A program made the translations under genes and the position numbers. Below the pieces are notes generated by a model. That model had not been told where the DNA came from. It saw only the letters and a list, made by a program, of their open reading frames with translations, and made no database searches. Positions 1 through 12,379 of a stretch of DNA of 64,000 nt are shown piece by piece. The DNA is from Fistulifera solaris (Eukaryota). The DNA is taken from NCBI GenBank assembly GCA_030295235.1, contig AP026164.1, forward strand, positions 992,001 through 1,056,000. Direction: 5' to 3'. The stretch's first letter is position 1, and each line of letters opens with the position of its first letter.

Positions 1-3000
1 GTACGAGTTTCACGACGGTGTTACAGGAGGCTTAGATCTTCCCAACTATTTTCACTACACTGGACAAGGTGGTGCACCGCACTTGCGAGAATTCACGGAT
101 GAGTCTGGGTTTAAATATACACTCAAAGCCATGCGAAGGCTGGGATGGTCGGAAGAAACGATTGATGCCGTGTTGTCGATCATCGCTGGCCTGTTACACC
201 TTGGTCAAATATCGTTTGAGTCTGTAGAGGTCGATGGAGTAGAAACAGCCAAAGTCGCATCAGAGAAGACACTCGGATATGCAGCTCGTCTCCTCGGCGT
301 GGATATTGACAAACTTCGCGCTGCTTTGACGGAACGCATCATTCTGGCACGTGACCAAGAAATCAAGACGCTTCTGACTCCTGATAAAGCCATGGATGCC
401 CGCGATGCGTTGGCGAAGACCATTTATGGAGCACTCTTCTTATGGGTAGTAGATCAGGTGAACCAGTCGATTTGCTGGGCTGACGACAACGAAGTGCGTT
501 CTTCGTGCGGTGTCCTAGATATCTTCGGTTTCGAATGTTTCGCTGTGAACTCCTTTGAACAGTTGTGTATCAATTACACAAACGAAGCTCTTCAACAGCA
601 GTTCAACCAGTTTATTTTCAAACTAGAGCAAGCAGAATACGAAGCAGAGAATATCGAATGGGCTTTCATCGAATTCCCTGACAACCAAGATTGCCTCGAC
701 ACCATTCAAGCCCCCAAAGTTGGTATCTTATCCATGCTGGACGATGAGTGCAAGTTACCCAAAGGAAGTGATCGCAACTGGGCGAAGCGAATGTATGAGC
801 AATATCTCCCGGAGAAAAATCAAGTTGTCTCGGCAAATACAAGGTTCCACGCTACGAAGGTTCAGCAAGGTAAATCACTCTTTTGCGTCCGACATTTTGC
901 AGGCCTTGTCACATACACTGTGGAGACGAATTTCATGGAAAAGAATAAAGATGAAATTCCGATTACTGCTCAGACTTTGCTGGAAACGGCACCAAGTCAG
1001 CTCATCAAAGATACCTACGAAATCCAAAAGCGAGAAAATATAGGTCGCGCCGATGCTGGCAGTAATGCCCGTGCAGCCAAACCCAAAACAGTTGGCCAGC
1101 AGTTCAAGGAGCAACTGACGGCCTTAATTGAAAGCGTGCAGAAAACGGACCCGCATTACATACGATGTATCAAACCCAACGATGCAGCCAAACCTCTTTT
1201 GATGACTCGGAAGCGTACAACTGAGCAACTTCGTTACGGAGGTGTTTTGGAAGCCGTCAGAGTTGCTCGAGCCGGCTACCCAGTCCGAATGGTCCATTCT
1301 GGTTTCTTCCAACGCTATCGGATGTTGCTTCCGACGACACCGGATGATGTTCTTCCTTGGAGCATGGATGGTCATGTGGCTCAAGATCTGTGCGTGAAAT
1401 TAGTTCAGATTGTGTTGGAAGACGGAAAGAAACACAGGGAGGCTACTAAAGATGGTCCGCTTGATCCCCATGAGCCTGGAATCACTCGATCGGAGAAGAT
1501 CAGGCGTATGCAAAATCAGCCTATACCAATGGCATTTCCAATAACTGATGTGCAACTAGGAAAGACCAAGGTTTTCATGCGCAAGCATCCTCACGATTGC
1601 ATGGAGGCACATCGCGTTTTTCATCAGCACGCTAGTGCTACTGTGATGCAAAGTTGGGCTAGAGGCTTGGCGCAACAACGGAAGTACCTTATCGTTGGAG
1701 ATGCTGCGCTCACCATTCAACGTTGTTACCGTGGATACAAGGGCCGTGAAAGGTATGTGACAAGATGCATTTATTGTGTCAACGGCTTTTCAAGTTTTTG
1801 TATTCTTACCCATGTCTATCTTCAGATGGTGGGACCTACGAAAAGCAGATGCTGGAATGCTGCTCACCAAGGTATTTCGTATGCTTATTTCATGGCGAAA
1901 GTTCAATCGGGTCAGAAAAGGAACTGTTCGCTTGCAAGCTCACATTCGTGGTCGCACCGTTCGTCGTGAGCAAGCTAGCATTAGAGTTCAACGATACTAT
2001 CGCCGTTTCATTGCTTTCAAGCACTACCATATGCTCAAGTCGGCTGTTCTTTCGCTGCAGTGCCGTCTACGCGGAAAGCTTGCCACGCGTGCTCTGAACG
2101 AACTCAAGAAGGAGCAGAAAGACGTCGGCAAGCTCAAGAATATCAACGTGAAATTGAAGGAAGAGATGGCGAGTCTTCGCGCGATGCTTGCTGCCCAGGC
2201 AAAAGAAGGAGCTGCCAACGAGGAACACAAGCAAGCTTTGGCAGAGAAAGAGAAGCAGATAGCGGAACTAGAAAAACGAATAGCTGTCCTAGAGAAAGAG
2301 CTCGCAGAGGCAAAGGCCACGGTCGAGAAGCTGGAGAAGAATCTGACACAATCACAAAAAGAGATTGCTCACGAACGAGAAAGAGTCCAGACTTTGGAGA
2401 AGCGCAAACCGACGCACGACGTATCGGGATCGCCACGTTCGCATCGGAAAACACCGTCGAAAGACACAGAAGACTTCTTCAGGCGTAGACCTTCCGCTGA
2501 TATTCCGACCAACAGCAGCTCAGCAGCCAGCTTCATTAGTCCGGATATTCTGGCGGACCATCTTGCAAGGGTTGCAATTCTTGAGCAAGAGCTGGAGGAG
2601 GAAAAGAAACTTCGACGAGAGGCTGATGGTGAAATCATTAGAATGAGAGCTGCTGCAAATGGGGTGAAGCTTGACTCAGAGATGGTGAACGATTTACTTT
2701 CTCCGCAACTAGACACCAAGTCGGAAGAAAGTTCCATGACAGGAACAGACACTCCTACAAAGCCAAGGTACGTAAAGTTATTCGTTCGCTGTTCGGTAAA
2801 CACAATTGCTGATATCAAATATGTGCGAACTTTGTTGTCTATCTTGTTAGGTACATATTCTTGCTTGCTGCGTTGCTATTGATGACATTTGTTACTGCTA
2901 TTCTGCTGCTTCGTCGGCGCGCGTCTGCTAGAATTCTTCTTCATGTTCTTAAGTCGGTTGAGCGTGTCCAGTACAATCGTGCGGCCTCAATGCTCAACAT

Positions 3001-4387
3001 GTCCATGTTTGATTTTCAATCTGCTGAAATGGACATGTTTGCGAATTCTTTCCATGCATTGCCGTCCGTCGAATGCTATTGAGCACAGAGTTTCAGCCCC
3101 TGCTTTTCTAGACTCGTCATCATTTAGCTTACTAGTTTTCGGGTTTTACTTTGTCTTTTGCTGAAATAAAACTCTTACATCTGTTTTTAAACCCGCAGTC
3201 AGGAAGAACGTTCTGAGGATCTGCAAAGAGCCTTATCGAAATTGGGTATCAAGGATGAAGAGAAGGAAAGGGAACAGAAATCAATGTTACTGTCTCCATT
3301 TAAGGTCGGAGCGGACTTCATTCCCATGATCAAACGTGGTCTTACAAGTATCGGCGAAGATAAAGAAGAAGATGTTGCCGTTGGCTGGAAAGTAAATGCA
3401 ACGACTCGACGAGAACAAGAGGAGGCACTTCGAAATGAGGTACACAGATTTGAAACCAAGTTGAAAAAGTACACGCACATGTTGGAAGAGGGTTTTGAAG
3501 TTGTGATGTGGCAACTAAATAGAGGCGAGGGAGAGGTCGCTGGAGCAGAGGCGTCGGAAGAGTTTGCATTGAAAAATTCCAACGTGACTCTGCAACTTCA
3601 CCGCCGCGGTGATATGTTTGTTCAATCTGTATTGACGTTCGTCCTCAAAGGTGGCTATCTTAGTAAAGCTATTGGTCGAAATCGAAATGTTGACAAAACC
3701 GCATTGGAGCCTCTTTCCATTCATGACATTCTTGAAGTACAGGCTGGTTGCCAGGGTTATGATCACAACGATTTGCCTACGGCGGCCTCTTCATCAAAAA
3801 CCAAGACCAAGAAGAAACCTGACAAAAAGACCGAAAACGTTCAAGGCCACTTATTTCTCACCATAAAGGCGACTCCAACTCCAGTAGCACACTCTCGGTC
3901 GTATATTTTCCGTTTTAAATCGCGCTCGGCGAGAAATGACGTCCTTTACGGACTCCGAAGTGTGCTCTCGGATATGCAAATCAAAGAAGGCGTAAGTATA
4001 TCCGGCCTTCAAACAGCAAGTGGCGATGATAGAGAGGTTGTCGACGAAGAGGAGATTATGGTTCCGCTTGAAGCGGTCCATCAGGCCATTAATCGGGAGC
4101 GCGAAAGCTACGACAAAATTCTGCTTCTCCTACAGCAAGGTACGGACGACTTGAAGCAGAAAGAAGATGAATTACAAACGTTGCACGGCAAGCTCGATCA
4201 TGCCTTGCAGCAATCTAAGGAAAAGGATCGTATCCAAGCAAACGATTCAAAGCTTATCATGCAACTCAGCAAGAAGCTTGAAACACTTCTGATGGACAAT
4301 GAAGACCTTCGAGACAAGAACGATAGGCTTAACACTCGATTGGTTTCTGTAGAAGCTGAACTCATGAATCTTCCTGGTAGACGTTAA
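1..4387 (+). CDS. Myosin heavy chain (5'-truncated by the window): motor domain C-half, IQ motifs, coiled coil, C-terminal tail with possible PH-like domain and coiled coil
   Basis: Motor motifs LDIFGFE, NSFEQLCINYTNE, HYIRCIKPN, QLRYGGVLE, GKTKVF; IQ-like IQRCYRGYKGR, LQAHIRGRTVR, VQRYYRRF, LQCRLRGKLA. GT-AG introns 1753-1825 and 2768-3198 join ORFs 83-1969, 1776-2882 and 3242-4387 in frame. Confidence 0.95.
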
Positions 4388-4423
4388 ATGAACTTAATAC
4401 AGTACTTCATTAAGGAAACATTC

Positions 4424-5957
4424 TTAGCTACGAAACCTAGTAGGATCGAAAGCAAATGTGGATTTTCCGTCGACAAATGCATTTTTTCTCCTCATTGGAC
4501 CCGCTGCAAACCCGGCAATAGAATCACCAAAAGTATTCACTCCTTCCGCGTCTTCGTCTTCCTCGGGTAAGCAGCAAGCGCAGCCTTGCTTTACCGCGGC
4601 TTTAAGAGTCCAATGCTCGGCTGGAAGTACTGTATCGAACAATGTTTTATTTTCGATTAATACCAACTTGTGACGAAAAACAGCATTCTCAATGTCGGCG
4701 TTATTGAAATGAGGAACCGACATTCTGGCGTTTACGCATGATATAGCAAGCTCCATTTGTAACTCCGTCACATCCCCACGAGAGCGACTTCCGGTGATGT
4801 ATTGAAGTAGTGACCGAAGGGCCCAATAGGACGAAGTACGTGGACCAGAGGTAGAAATCGGTTGAGCGTAGAGGAAATCCAATTTGCAGCAATATGGAAG
4901 GAAAGCCTTGTCTTCTTTTTTCTGGACCAAATAAGAATCGACGGCTGTCAACCAAGTCTCGACAACATCAGCTTGTGATAAAGGTAGCCTGGCTAACGCT
5001 TCCCCGAAAGCAGGTTCCATGACATTTGTTGAGGATGAAATCGACAATAAAGGCGTGGTAGAAACAGTTGGATCGGCAAAGATCAATGCTTCTTGAGTAT
5101 TAGTCGGAACGGCGGAAGGATTCTTGGCCGACTTGCGAAGTGTACCGGCGTTCACTACAGTTTTCAAGCAACCAGTGTAGCAGAATACGTGCCGATCATC
5201 GGGGAAAACCTTTTGAAGCAATGGTAGTAGCGACGAAACAATACTCTGTCCAGGAAGAGTAAAGAGCAAGGTCGGTTTCTTACACCGAAGGGCTTCAACA
5301 CGACAGAGAGCGTATACAAGGCGTTCCAGACGTTGTCGGGTGTAGACACGTTGCTGGATTAATGCAGCGAGACACACCATCCAATATGGTTGTTGAATCA
5401 CATGTACATCATTTTTATAAACGCTTTCCACCAGGTCAACGATTAAATGCGATCCTTCATGCGCACTCGCGTCGCTTACAAAGCAGAAAGTCGTCGTGGA
5501 TATTTTGGTCTCCATTTTATCTGCAACTTGTGTCGCGACCGCTGACAGAGGTAAACGATGCACCCTGTTTCCTTGCAAGAACCAAACAAAATGTTCTTTT
5601 GAAAACTCTTTTGGGCCCATTCTGATGAACTTTCTTCGGATCCTATACGAATCACTTGAATGTCCTGATAGCTCCCCGAAACCAGCTCTGAGCAAAATTT
5701 GTCAATGTGTTCGGAATCATCCCAGGACTTCGTTATTAACCCAAGTTTGTCCGCTAAAAGAGCGCTCGAGCAAGCGCTTGTTTCCATCGATACTGATACT
5801 CAGCAGCCCGTTTCGTTTGTAACTGTTTCGGTGAAAGAAGAAAACGGCGGCCTACCTCATCGCTCTGTAAAGCTACGAGGGTAAGGGCCATAAGACTCGC
5901 TGCGCCTGCTGAACCCAAAAGAACCGGAGATATGGGACTACCACTTGACAGAACCAT
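4424..5957 (-). CDS. Hypothetical protein; 5' part spread over shifted frames, start uncertain
   Basis: 423-aa ORF 4424-5695 with protein-like composition, plus overlapping upstream ORFs 5476-5787 and 5754-5960 that suggest frameshifts; no family recognised. Confidence 0.55.
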
Positions 5958-6560
5958 CAATTTCTCAACAAAGAATGGATTAAGAAACGGAATAGATTAG
6001 TCGGTCTTAGCTCAAGTTATCATACTTTGTTCGTAATCAAAGTTTCATGGTAGCAAATCATTACAGTACTTTATTTAGCGCCGTTGCGCTTTTGTTGCGT
6101 CACGGAGTTCGCGAATCGCGGATCGCGGAGGATGGAGAATGAAGACCAAACATCGTCTGTCGTCTGTCCAATCTGGGGAAAAGGCAAGCGAGATTGAAGG
6201 AAAAAGTAGAAAGTAGAAATATCAGAAATGAGAAATGAGAAAAAAATTGTTTAAGTAATATTCCGCCCTACGTGAAAAGTGTACAATCCTTGCTTAAGTG
6301 TTCTTTATTCAATAATTTGATATTCGTATTAACGTATTAACAGTACAATTCACTTTGGCTTCTTGTTTTCTAACAAGGACAAGCGATTTCATAGCGATCG
6401 GAAATCGGAAAACGAGGTCACAAAATGCACCCTCAGAATGACAAGGTTGCGATGGGACCATCTCAATTCCTATACTCTAATTAATTACTCCTCCGCAACC
6501 AGAACAAAAACGACATCGAAACTCAAGAGCAAACAATCTCGAGAGTGAGACGAATGGAGG

Positions 6561-8005
6561 ATGGAAAACCTAAGTAAGATTCTGATGCATCGTGTGCTAC
6601 TACCGGACATCAGCAATTATCTTAGACGAGATCAATACAGTGAGGAAACGCCCGAAGATGTTGTCCCTGAGCAACCTGGTTCCTGTAGCAGTAAGGCTCC
6701 CACAGATTCGGAACATCAGTGCATATTCACCCCGAAGGCGCATGAAACGGCGGGGGCCTTGAGTATGCAAGTGACAGATACACCACATTCAGGAAAACAA
6801 ATCATGCTCTCCTCGAAGAAAAATCGTGATAAGCAAATTCCTTTGACCGAATGCGATAACTGGCTCTCTTTCGATGAACCAGATACACTTGGATTGGATG
6901 TGGATGCAGATTTATGGTCAAGAGATTCGAGTCATCAATGGTGGTCGACTCCACGGTCGACATCAACTTCGATGCTTTTTGATAGCGATATCTTTCATGA
7001 TCTTACTGAAAACGATCGAGACATGATGGTTTTTCCCAATACACCGTTGGGTAGTGTTCGCGGTGACGAAAACGAAAGTAGTACAGTTTTGTCGGATGAT
7101 TATTCGCGAACTCCAAAGTCTGCTCGCAAACGAATAAACAGCTTCACACCGTTAAAAATCTTATCCTCTCGATCAGGGAAAGCACCGATCGATCACGAAT
7201 CATCGCTTTCCCGAAAAGCATCTTTCTTCACCAAATCAACACCTGAAGACGGATTAGAACTCTTGGGAGACTGGAAACAATCCACGTCTGGTAATCTCGC
7301 CTTCGACATTGATCCCTTCGTGGCAGATGACTTTATTCTTGAGGAAACTGAGGCACCATCACTGTGGAATTTTCCTGGTGACGACGCATCCCCTATTTTT
7401 CGCAGCCGACTATCGCTCCCCTTTGTCGATCACAGATTTTTTGAGCTAGAGCAAAGAGACGATAATGATGCCCAGGGAAGCTTTTTATACGATGACTGCA
7501 ATCAAAGAATACCGCGTCCTCCCCTCATTAACGAAGACACGAGTTATGGGGCTAGGCTTTGTTTCAGTTTTTGGATTCATTTACGTGTCAATCGGAATTA
7601 ATGCACCCCTACCGAGACTTTGATAAAATTGAGCATCGCCAGCACCGAAGACAGAGCTTTTCTCGTCGAACGAGAAAGAGGATTTCGAAGAAGAAGAGAA
7701 AGAAAAGGCTTCGAGAACAACGTGAAGGATCACATCGAGCAAGCAACTTCCAGTGCAATCTATCTACAATAGTCGAGCATTCTGACGAAGACAATGACAG
7801 CGACCACACCTCTCTACAAGCTGTGTCTGCGGTGGATAGTGATGATACACAGTCATTCAGTCTTCAAAGTTCGAGTACGGGCGATGGATCTGTAAATAGC
7901 TACGAAGATACACCGTACTCCGATGGATTATACAATCCACGGGACCTCTTCCTTGTTTCGGGCAAGCAAGGAGATTGGGAACTACAGGAGATGCAAGAAA
8001 TATAG
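6561..8005 (+). CDS. Hypothetical Ser/Asp-rich, probably disordered protein with a basic NLS-like stretch (RRTRKRISKKKRKKRLR)
   Basis: Consecutive overlapping ORFs 6561-7601 and 7559-8005 with similar composition; junction probably a frameshift near 7555-7570. Confidence 0.5.
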
Positions 8006-8153
8006 CAAGAAATGTAAACCCAAGCTATTATATCTCTAACTGGCGCGCGTCGTTGTCCTTCTAGAATCAGTCTGTTTGCAGCGCGGCTAACTAGCACGTA
8101 TCTCTAAATAAAGCTTATAGCTAAAGGTGCCATAACTAGTCGACATTTTCGAA

Positions 8154-8779
8154 TCACTTCGACCCTGGAATACGAAGCTGGTCAACATATCTCCAGAGAA
8201 TCTCGGGTGATACGAGAGAATCAACTTCATGAATAACACCCGCACCAAACTGAAAAGACTGAACAATTTTTGCATTGCTTCCTATCACAACACCTCCATC
8301 GTCTTTCGCGCCTATTCCAAAGAATCCTCCAGACTGACTTGGCCCAACGCGTACTTCGCCACCCATGGTCAGAACACCTCCAATGTTATCACCCAAAAGA
8401 ACGTCAAGAGGAACTGTTTCATCTCCGATGGTATGGTAATCGCTAATCTTGGAAACGGTCTCAAGATTTCGAGCATCTCTTAGCTGGTTAATTTTCTTCT
8501 CGCCGAGCTTGCCGAAAGCAGCTTCATTCGGAACAAAAGGGTGAAACCAAAACTCGCATTTTTCCGAAGCGTCTTGACTACCTTCTCGTTTGGTTTCATG
8601 ACTAGCTGGTAAAATGACGGATATCTTTCGGCCAGAAATAATTCCAATTCATTCTGATTTCCTTGCGCCTCGGTGCTCATTGCGAGCCAAGACTGGGGAA
8701 GATTGAGTAATTGTGCTCGGCTTGTGAAGCCACAAACAACGCCGAGAGCTGTCAGCAAAACGAAAGTTAGCCTTTGCAT
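8154..8779 (-). CDS. Fasciclin (FAS1) domain protein with bipartite plastid-type presequence
   Basis: MQRLTFVLLTALGVVCG|F signal; joining frames near 8536-8540 gives FT(L)FVPNEAAF...DYH...GVIHEVDSLVSP, matching the FAS1 H1 and H2 motifs. Confidence 0.8.
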
Positions 8780-9350
8780 GCTTAGGAATTCAGTATTTGC
8801 TGTGTTTGGGCCAAGATAAAAAGTCTGAGAGTTTCGCGTTAGTAGAAAGAGCCTTGCGTTGGCACGTATCATTGAGAAAAAATAATGATAATGTGCCACA
8901 TCACAAAGTCGGTGTCAAGCAATGGGAAAGATGATGATGTCAAACCAACATAGCAAACCAAGAAAGCACGCCGAGAACCGAACGGTACATCTACTATGGA
9001 CATTGATGTCGGCAACTCATTCCTGGATTTCAGTCGTGGATAATCGCTATAGTTTATTGGATCTGGAGTTTATCTCTCAAATCCACACTAAGAACGAAGA
9101 AGTTATAATATTTTATCGATCTTTGAACCTAATATTGCTACTACACCATCAGTAACACCCACACATGGTAAATGGATCTAGAAACACATAATACTATGGT
9201 TTCCTTGGATGGATTTCTTCAATTTCATGAGACACTGGCTAAGCTTCTTAACCTGCATTCGGATAGGATCTCTAAGTAAGAGCTAGGTGTCGCTTTGAAC
9301 TAAAAAAGGGGTAATGATATACTTTGTAGCTAGTTTCACTTAGACTTCTT

Positions 9351-11118
9351 TTATTCGGCTTTTTTGCCTTGACGACAAACCCACTCAGTTACAAGTTTCG
9401 TCCCGTAGCCAGTTGCCATACTTTCTTTATCCGACCAAACAGGACCAGCAATATCAATGTGCGCGAAAGGCTTCTTTTTGCTGACAAATTTCTGCAAAAA
9501 CAAAGCTGCGGTGATGGCGCCTCCATATCTTCCTCCGATGTTTTTCATGTCCGCAAATTTACTTTCCAGTTGGTCATTGTATTCCATTGCCATTGGCATT
9601 CGCCAAGACTTGTCTCCAGTGACTTTGGAGATGTTAGCGATTTCCTCGGCAAGACCATCGTTCAAAGTCCAAACACCCGCAAGGCTCTTCCCGAGGGAGA
9701 TCATACATGCTCCGGTCAGTGTGGACAATTCAATGATTTTCTCGCAGCCAATTTCTTTGTCTGCATATACGAGGGCATCCGCCAAAGTAAGTCGTCCTTC
9801 GGCGTCCGTGTTCATGACTTCAATGGTTTTACCATTAGAAGCGGTAAGAATGTCGCTCGGAACAGCAGCTCTGTCACTAATCATGTTTTCACAAGCTGCG
9901 ACACAAAAGTGAGCTTCGACTCCTTCTGGCTGTAGAGCCCCAATCGCACGCGCGGCACCCAGGACAGCAGCAGCACCTCCACAATCAAATTTCATCATTT
10001 CCATCATTGCCGTTTTGATATTGTAGCCGCCCGTATCGAACAAAAGACCTTTTCCAATGACACCAACCTTGCTGTTAATCTCTCCCTTCGGCTTGTAAGT
10101 AATATGGATAAACTGTGGTTCAGTTTCCGATCCTCTCGCTACACCCAAGAAACTGCCCATGCCTCTTGCTTCACATTCATCCTTATTCAATATCTTGCAC
10201 TGCAACGAACCACCACTTTCTTCGACAATGCGACGGGCTGTGTCAGCCAAGGAAAGGGAGTTCAAAACATTGTGCGGGGCGTTTACGATATCCTTGCATA
10301 GGAAAATTCCACGCGCAATCGAACGTCCTTGCTCAATCGCTGCAGCATCAGCAACCGCGTCACTGCCATCTGTCGTCAAAGTGATGGATTTCAGAGCTTC
10401 AGCGACCTTTTTGACGTTTGATCCCGACTTGTAGCGATTATCAGCATAGAGAGCCTGATAGAATGCCGTTGAAAAGTCTCGAACAGTTGTGGCGTTGCCA
10501 GTGACTGCTTCCGGAAGAATAACACGACACGAAGCCACTTTCGGTTCTGCCTTGCATTTGGCAGCGACTGCGTTTCCTAAAGCCATGCCCGCATTTGTCC
10601 AGTCTTTGTCATCTTTCTCGGGTCCCAAACCCATCAGAACAATTCGTTTTGCCGTTGAAGATGCAACACGTAATGTAGGAGTAGTACCTCCTACCGTCGC
10701 TCCGTTTTTGAATGATTTGGCATGATCTTTCAGCATGTCCGTGAGAGCTCCACTCAAGTCGTCATCCAAAGATTTTGCAGACCCCGTAAGAGCGATCGGC
10801 TCTGGTTCCTTATTGGTTGCCTCTTCTTCTTCTTCGTCGTCGTCGTCTTCTTCCTCCTTCTCGGCTTTGGCAGGAGGAGAAACACCAATCACTAACAAGT
10901 CGACGGTTCCACTAGCACTTGCCGAAGACATTGTCACATCCAACACATCATTCCATTCCATAGCAGCGTTCGGTTTATCAAAAGACCAGGTGGGAAAAGT
11001 AGTTGAAGCCATGTTACGAGCGGTAAAACTCTGGCTAAAAGGACTTCGTCGTGGAACGGAAAAAAGCCGAGATAGGCGCAATCAAGACGCTCGCAGTGAA
11101 CGCTGTTCGAAATTTCAT
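9351..11118 (-). CDS. Leucyl aminopeptidase (peptidase M17), plastid-type presequence
   Basis: GKGLLFDTGG, MKFDCGGAA, NTDAEGRLTLAD, TLTGA, HIDIAG motifs. Upstream ATG at 11118 gives MKFRTAFTASVLIAPISA|F, which joins the long ORF after a 1-nt shift in the A run at about 11060-11065. Confidence 0.95.
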
Positions 11119-11752
11119 AGGATAGATGATCTTCTGCACTCCTTTCCTGATATTTCGATGCATGAACGACGCGTTAACGAAAGAGGCTCAGAGTGATGGA
11201 GAGAAGTTAGGGAGTCAACAAACCTCTGTTGACAAGAGGATGAGTTGTTGCGATGATGCTGACAAATTGCGCCAGGCGCTTTTCTTTAACAATCGGAAAC
11301 GATCTGATGACGTTTTATTGACGTGTGACCTTGCATTCATGACTGAATGTAGTCGTGACGGAAGGGTGTCTACACATGGAGTCTATAGTCAATACTGGAT
11401 TGATCGATTTTCGAAGCTATTTGACGTCAATGAACAATGAGATCATTGTAAAGAGTGCTACAAATGATTGAAGCGAAGTACAAGCAAATAATGTCGCTCA
11501 TCAAAATAGGAGAACGACCGAAGTTTAGCATGCAGTCTGGCTCACAAGAATATTGATTCATGACTAAAATGCAGTCGTGCTGTTTAAAGTCAAAGGTACA
11601 CTTGGGGTGATAATAACTACAGTACTGTACCGAATGCAACAATCTCCATCATGAAACAAAAAGAAATTAATGCGTCCTTTTATTTTATCCGCGAGCGCGT
11701 TGTTTCGACTTCCCCTCTTATTGTGTAGCTTTTGATTGTTTATTTGATTATT

Positions 11753-12252
11753 ATGGAGGCAGCGGTGCAAGCGAGTGCCGTGGCATCTAAGAGAGTCGTC
11801 TTTGTGGGTGGATTGGCGGAAGCCGCGAATGTATCCTTACTGCGAGCCGCGATGATTCCGTTTGGGCCCATTGCGAGTGTTGATATGGTAAGTGAAAAAT
11901 AGAATTCCGATCTGTTTCACATCTTTATCAATTGAGACCAAAACTAATAATGTTCGCTTGATGACAGCCAATGGATTATGTGGAAGGCAAGCACAGAGGT
12001 TTTGGATTTGTCGAGTACGAGGATGCCGAAGATGCGGAAGAAGCCGTTTTCAACATGGACGGCGGCGAGCTTTTAGGAAAAACACTCAAAGTGAGTCTGG
12101 CCCAAGCCAATCAGCTACATAAACTCTCTGATGGTAAAACAGAAGCGATATGGAAATCAGACGAGTGGTTTCAAAAAAATGTGGCTGGCATTGATCAAGA
12201 CACTGAGTTTTCAAAGAATCAAGAAGATGCAAAGGCCCTGCTAGGTATATAG
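11753..12252 (+). CDS. Single-RRM protein resembling the cyclophilin E (Cyp33) RRM, without a PPIase domain
   Basis: RNP2 VFVGGL and RNP1 RGFGFVEY; PFGPIASVDMPMDY...KHRGFGFVEYEDAEDAEEAVFNM; intron 11888-11967 restores the frame. Confidence 0.85.
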
Positions 12253-12379
12253 CACGATAGATGCCTACACAAGATTATTTCAAGAGCCTGGCACTTGAAA
12301 ATTCTCTTAATTCGTCTGTTCATGATTAGCTTATTGTATTGCGTTCTTTGTTTGCTGTCCATCACTACATTTTGATCAT

